64,000 nucleotides of DNA from an uncultured delta proteobacterium (lineage in GTDB: Bacteria; Myxococcota; Myxococcia; Myxococcales; Myxococcaceae): contig CAVYSY010000022.1 in assembly GCA_963771175.1 (NCBI GenBank), forward strand, positions 32,001 to 96,000, given 5' to 3'. A program made the position numbers and the translations under genes. How positions within the stretch are numbered: position 1 is the stretch's first letter; each line of letters begins with the position of its first letter. Shown here in pieces: positions 63,362 through 64,000 of this stretch. Under the pieces are notes generated by a model. The model saw only the letters and a program-made list of their open reading frames with translations. It was not told where the DNA came from and ran no database searches.

Positions 63362-63586
63362 GGAATGCCGACGATTATACCGGCGCCGGCTGTCTTCAAG
63401 ATGCCGGGCTGCACGCGAGGCCTGAAGTGAGCATTGGCGGGATGTCAGCCTGTTCGGGGGAGGACCTCCTCCTTCCCCGGGGCGCCATTGTATGGCGGGC
63501 ACGAAAAGGGCAGGGGGCCCTCCCTAGGTGTTGGGAGTGCCCCCTGCCCGTTGTGGATGCGGCCGGCTCGCCGAGAAGTGGAAGCC

Positions 63587-64000
63587 TCAGCCGAGCGCGC
63601 CGAGCTGGGCCAGCAGGCCCAGATCGTTTTCGTTTACCCAGATTTCGGCGATCTTGCCGCCCGAGAAGACGAAGATGTCGACTCCCTGATCCCTCACCCT
63701 CCGGTACGTGGGAGGCATCCCGAGGAACGGGCCCGCGTGCGTGCCCTCGACGTACCAGCGAGCGGCGGCCCTGTTGCCCTCCGCCACCTGGCGCTCCACG
63801 GTGAACTGGATGTCTGGGAGGCCGGTGCGCAGACCCGTCACGAAGGCACGCATCCCCTCCCTGCCACGGATCGGCTCGGGCAGCGTCGGGATGTGGAACG
63901 AGAACCGCTCGGCGATGAGCTCGTCGATGACCTCCAGCCGGCCCTGGCTCATCAGCTCGTCGAAGTACCGGCCAATGAGCTGGAGGTTCTCCTCCCGGGT
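63587..64000 (-). CDS. Ester cyclase (SnoaL-like); 5' end beyond the window
   Basis: ENLQLIGRYFDELMSQGRLEVIDEL...GLPDI.F...EG..AA.RW...GTH.G.FLG.PPT...G.DIF....GKI.E.W. Confidence 0.85.
   Translation of the reverse strand, partial: TREENLQLIGRYFDELMSQGRLEVIDELIAERFSFHIPTLPEPIRGREGMRAFVTGLRTGLPDIQFTVERQVAEGNRAAARWYVEGTHAGPFLGMPPTYRRVRDQGVDIFVFSGGKIAEIWVNENDLGLLAQLGALG

Overview
GC-rich myxobacterial chromosome segment. Cystobacterineae (Archangium/Cystobacter-like) is inferred from a DUF2378 gene, a SitA5-like lipoprotein toxin and the exoL-P arrangement. Many conserved genes are broken by single-base indels in dense patches (argG, ccmB-G, exoN-P, RND pump, thiSGE, GMC and ThDP enzymes). This looks like long-read assembly error rather than real pseudogenisation, so broken genes are reported here as single CDSs. 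Core content: hutU (partial), argG, beta-CASP MBL hydrolase, ccmABCDEFG cytochrome c maturation operon, sigma54-driven exoLMNOP-like spore-coat polysaccharide cluster, RND efflux system, thiSGE, FKBP, corA, dctA and an M4 protease. Accessory content of most interest: (1) a cytoplasmic trypsin-like serine protease fused to an S1/P1-nuclease/PLC-like domain whose metal-binding 'WGxxGH' N-terminus is buried internally, a candidate self-activating toxin or defence effector (43837-46125); (2) an uncharacterised SnoaL/GMC/VOC/AGE-epimerase/tandem DJ-1/ThDP enzyme cluster with further SnoaL, SDR and DUF1772 genes (about 49.8-64 kb); (3) two toxin-immunity pairs (papain-fold toxin; internally deleted SitA5-WHH with SMI1/KNR4); (4) tandem lipoprotein c-type cytochromes with a non-canonical CX3CH motif. 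No rRNA, tRNA, CRISPR array or transposase was recognised. All family assignments are from motif recognition, not database searches.
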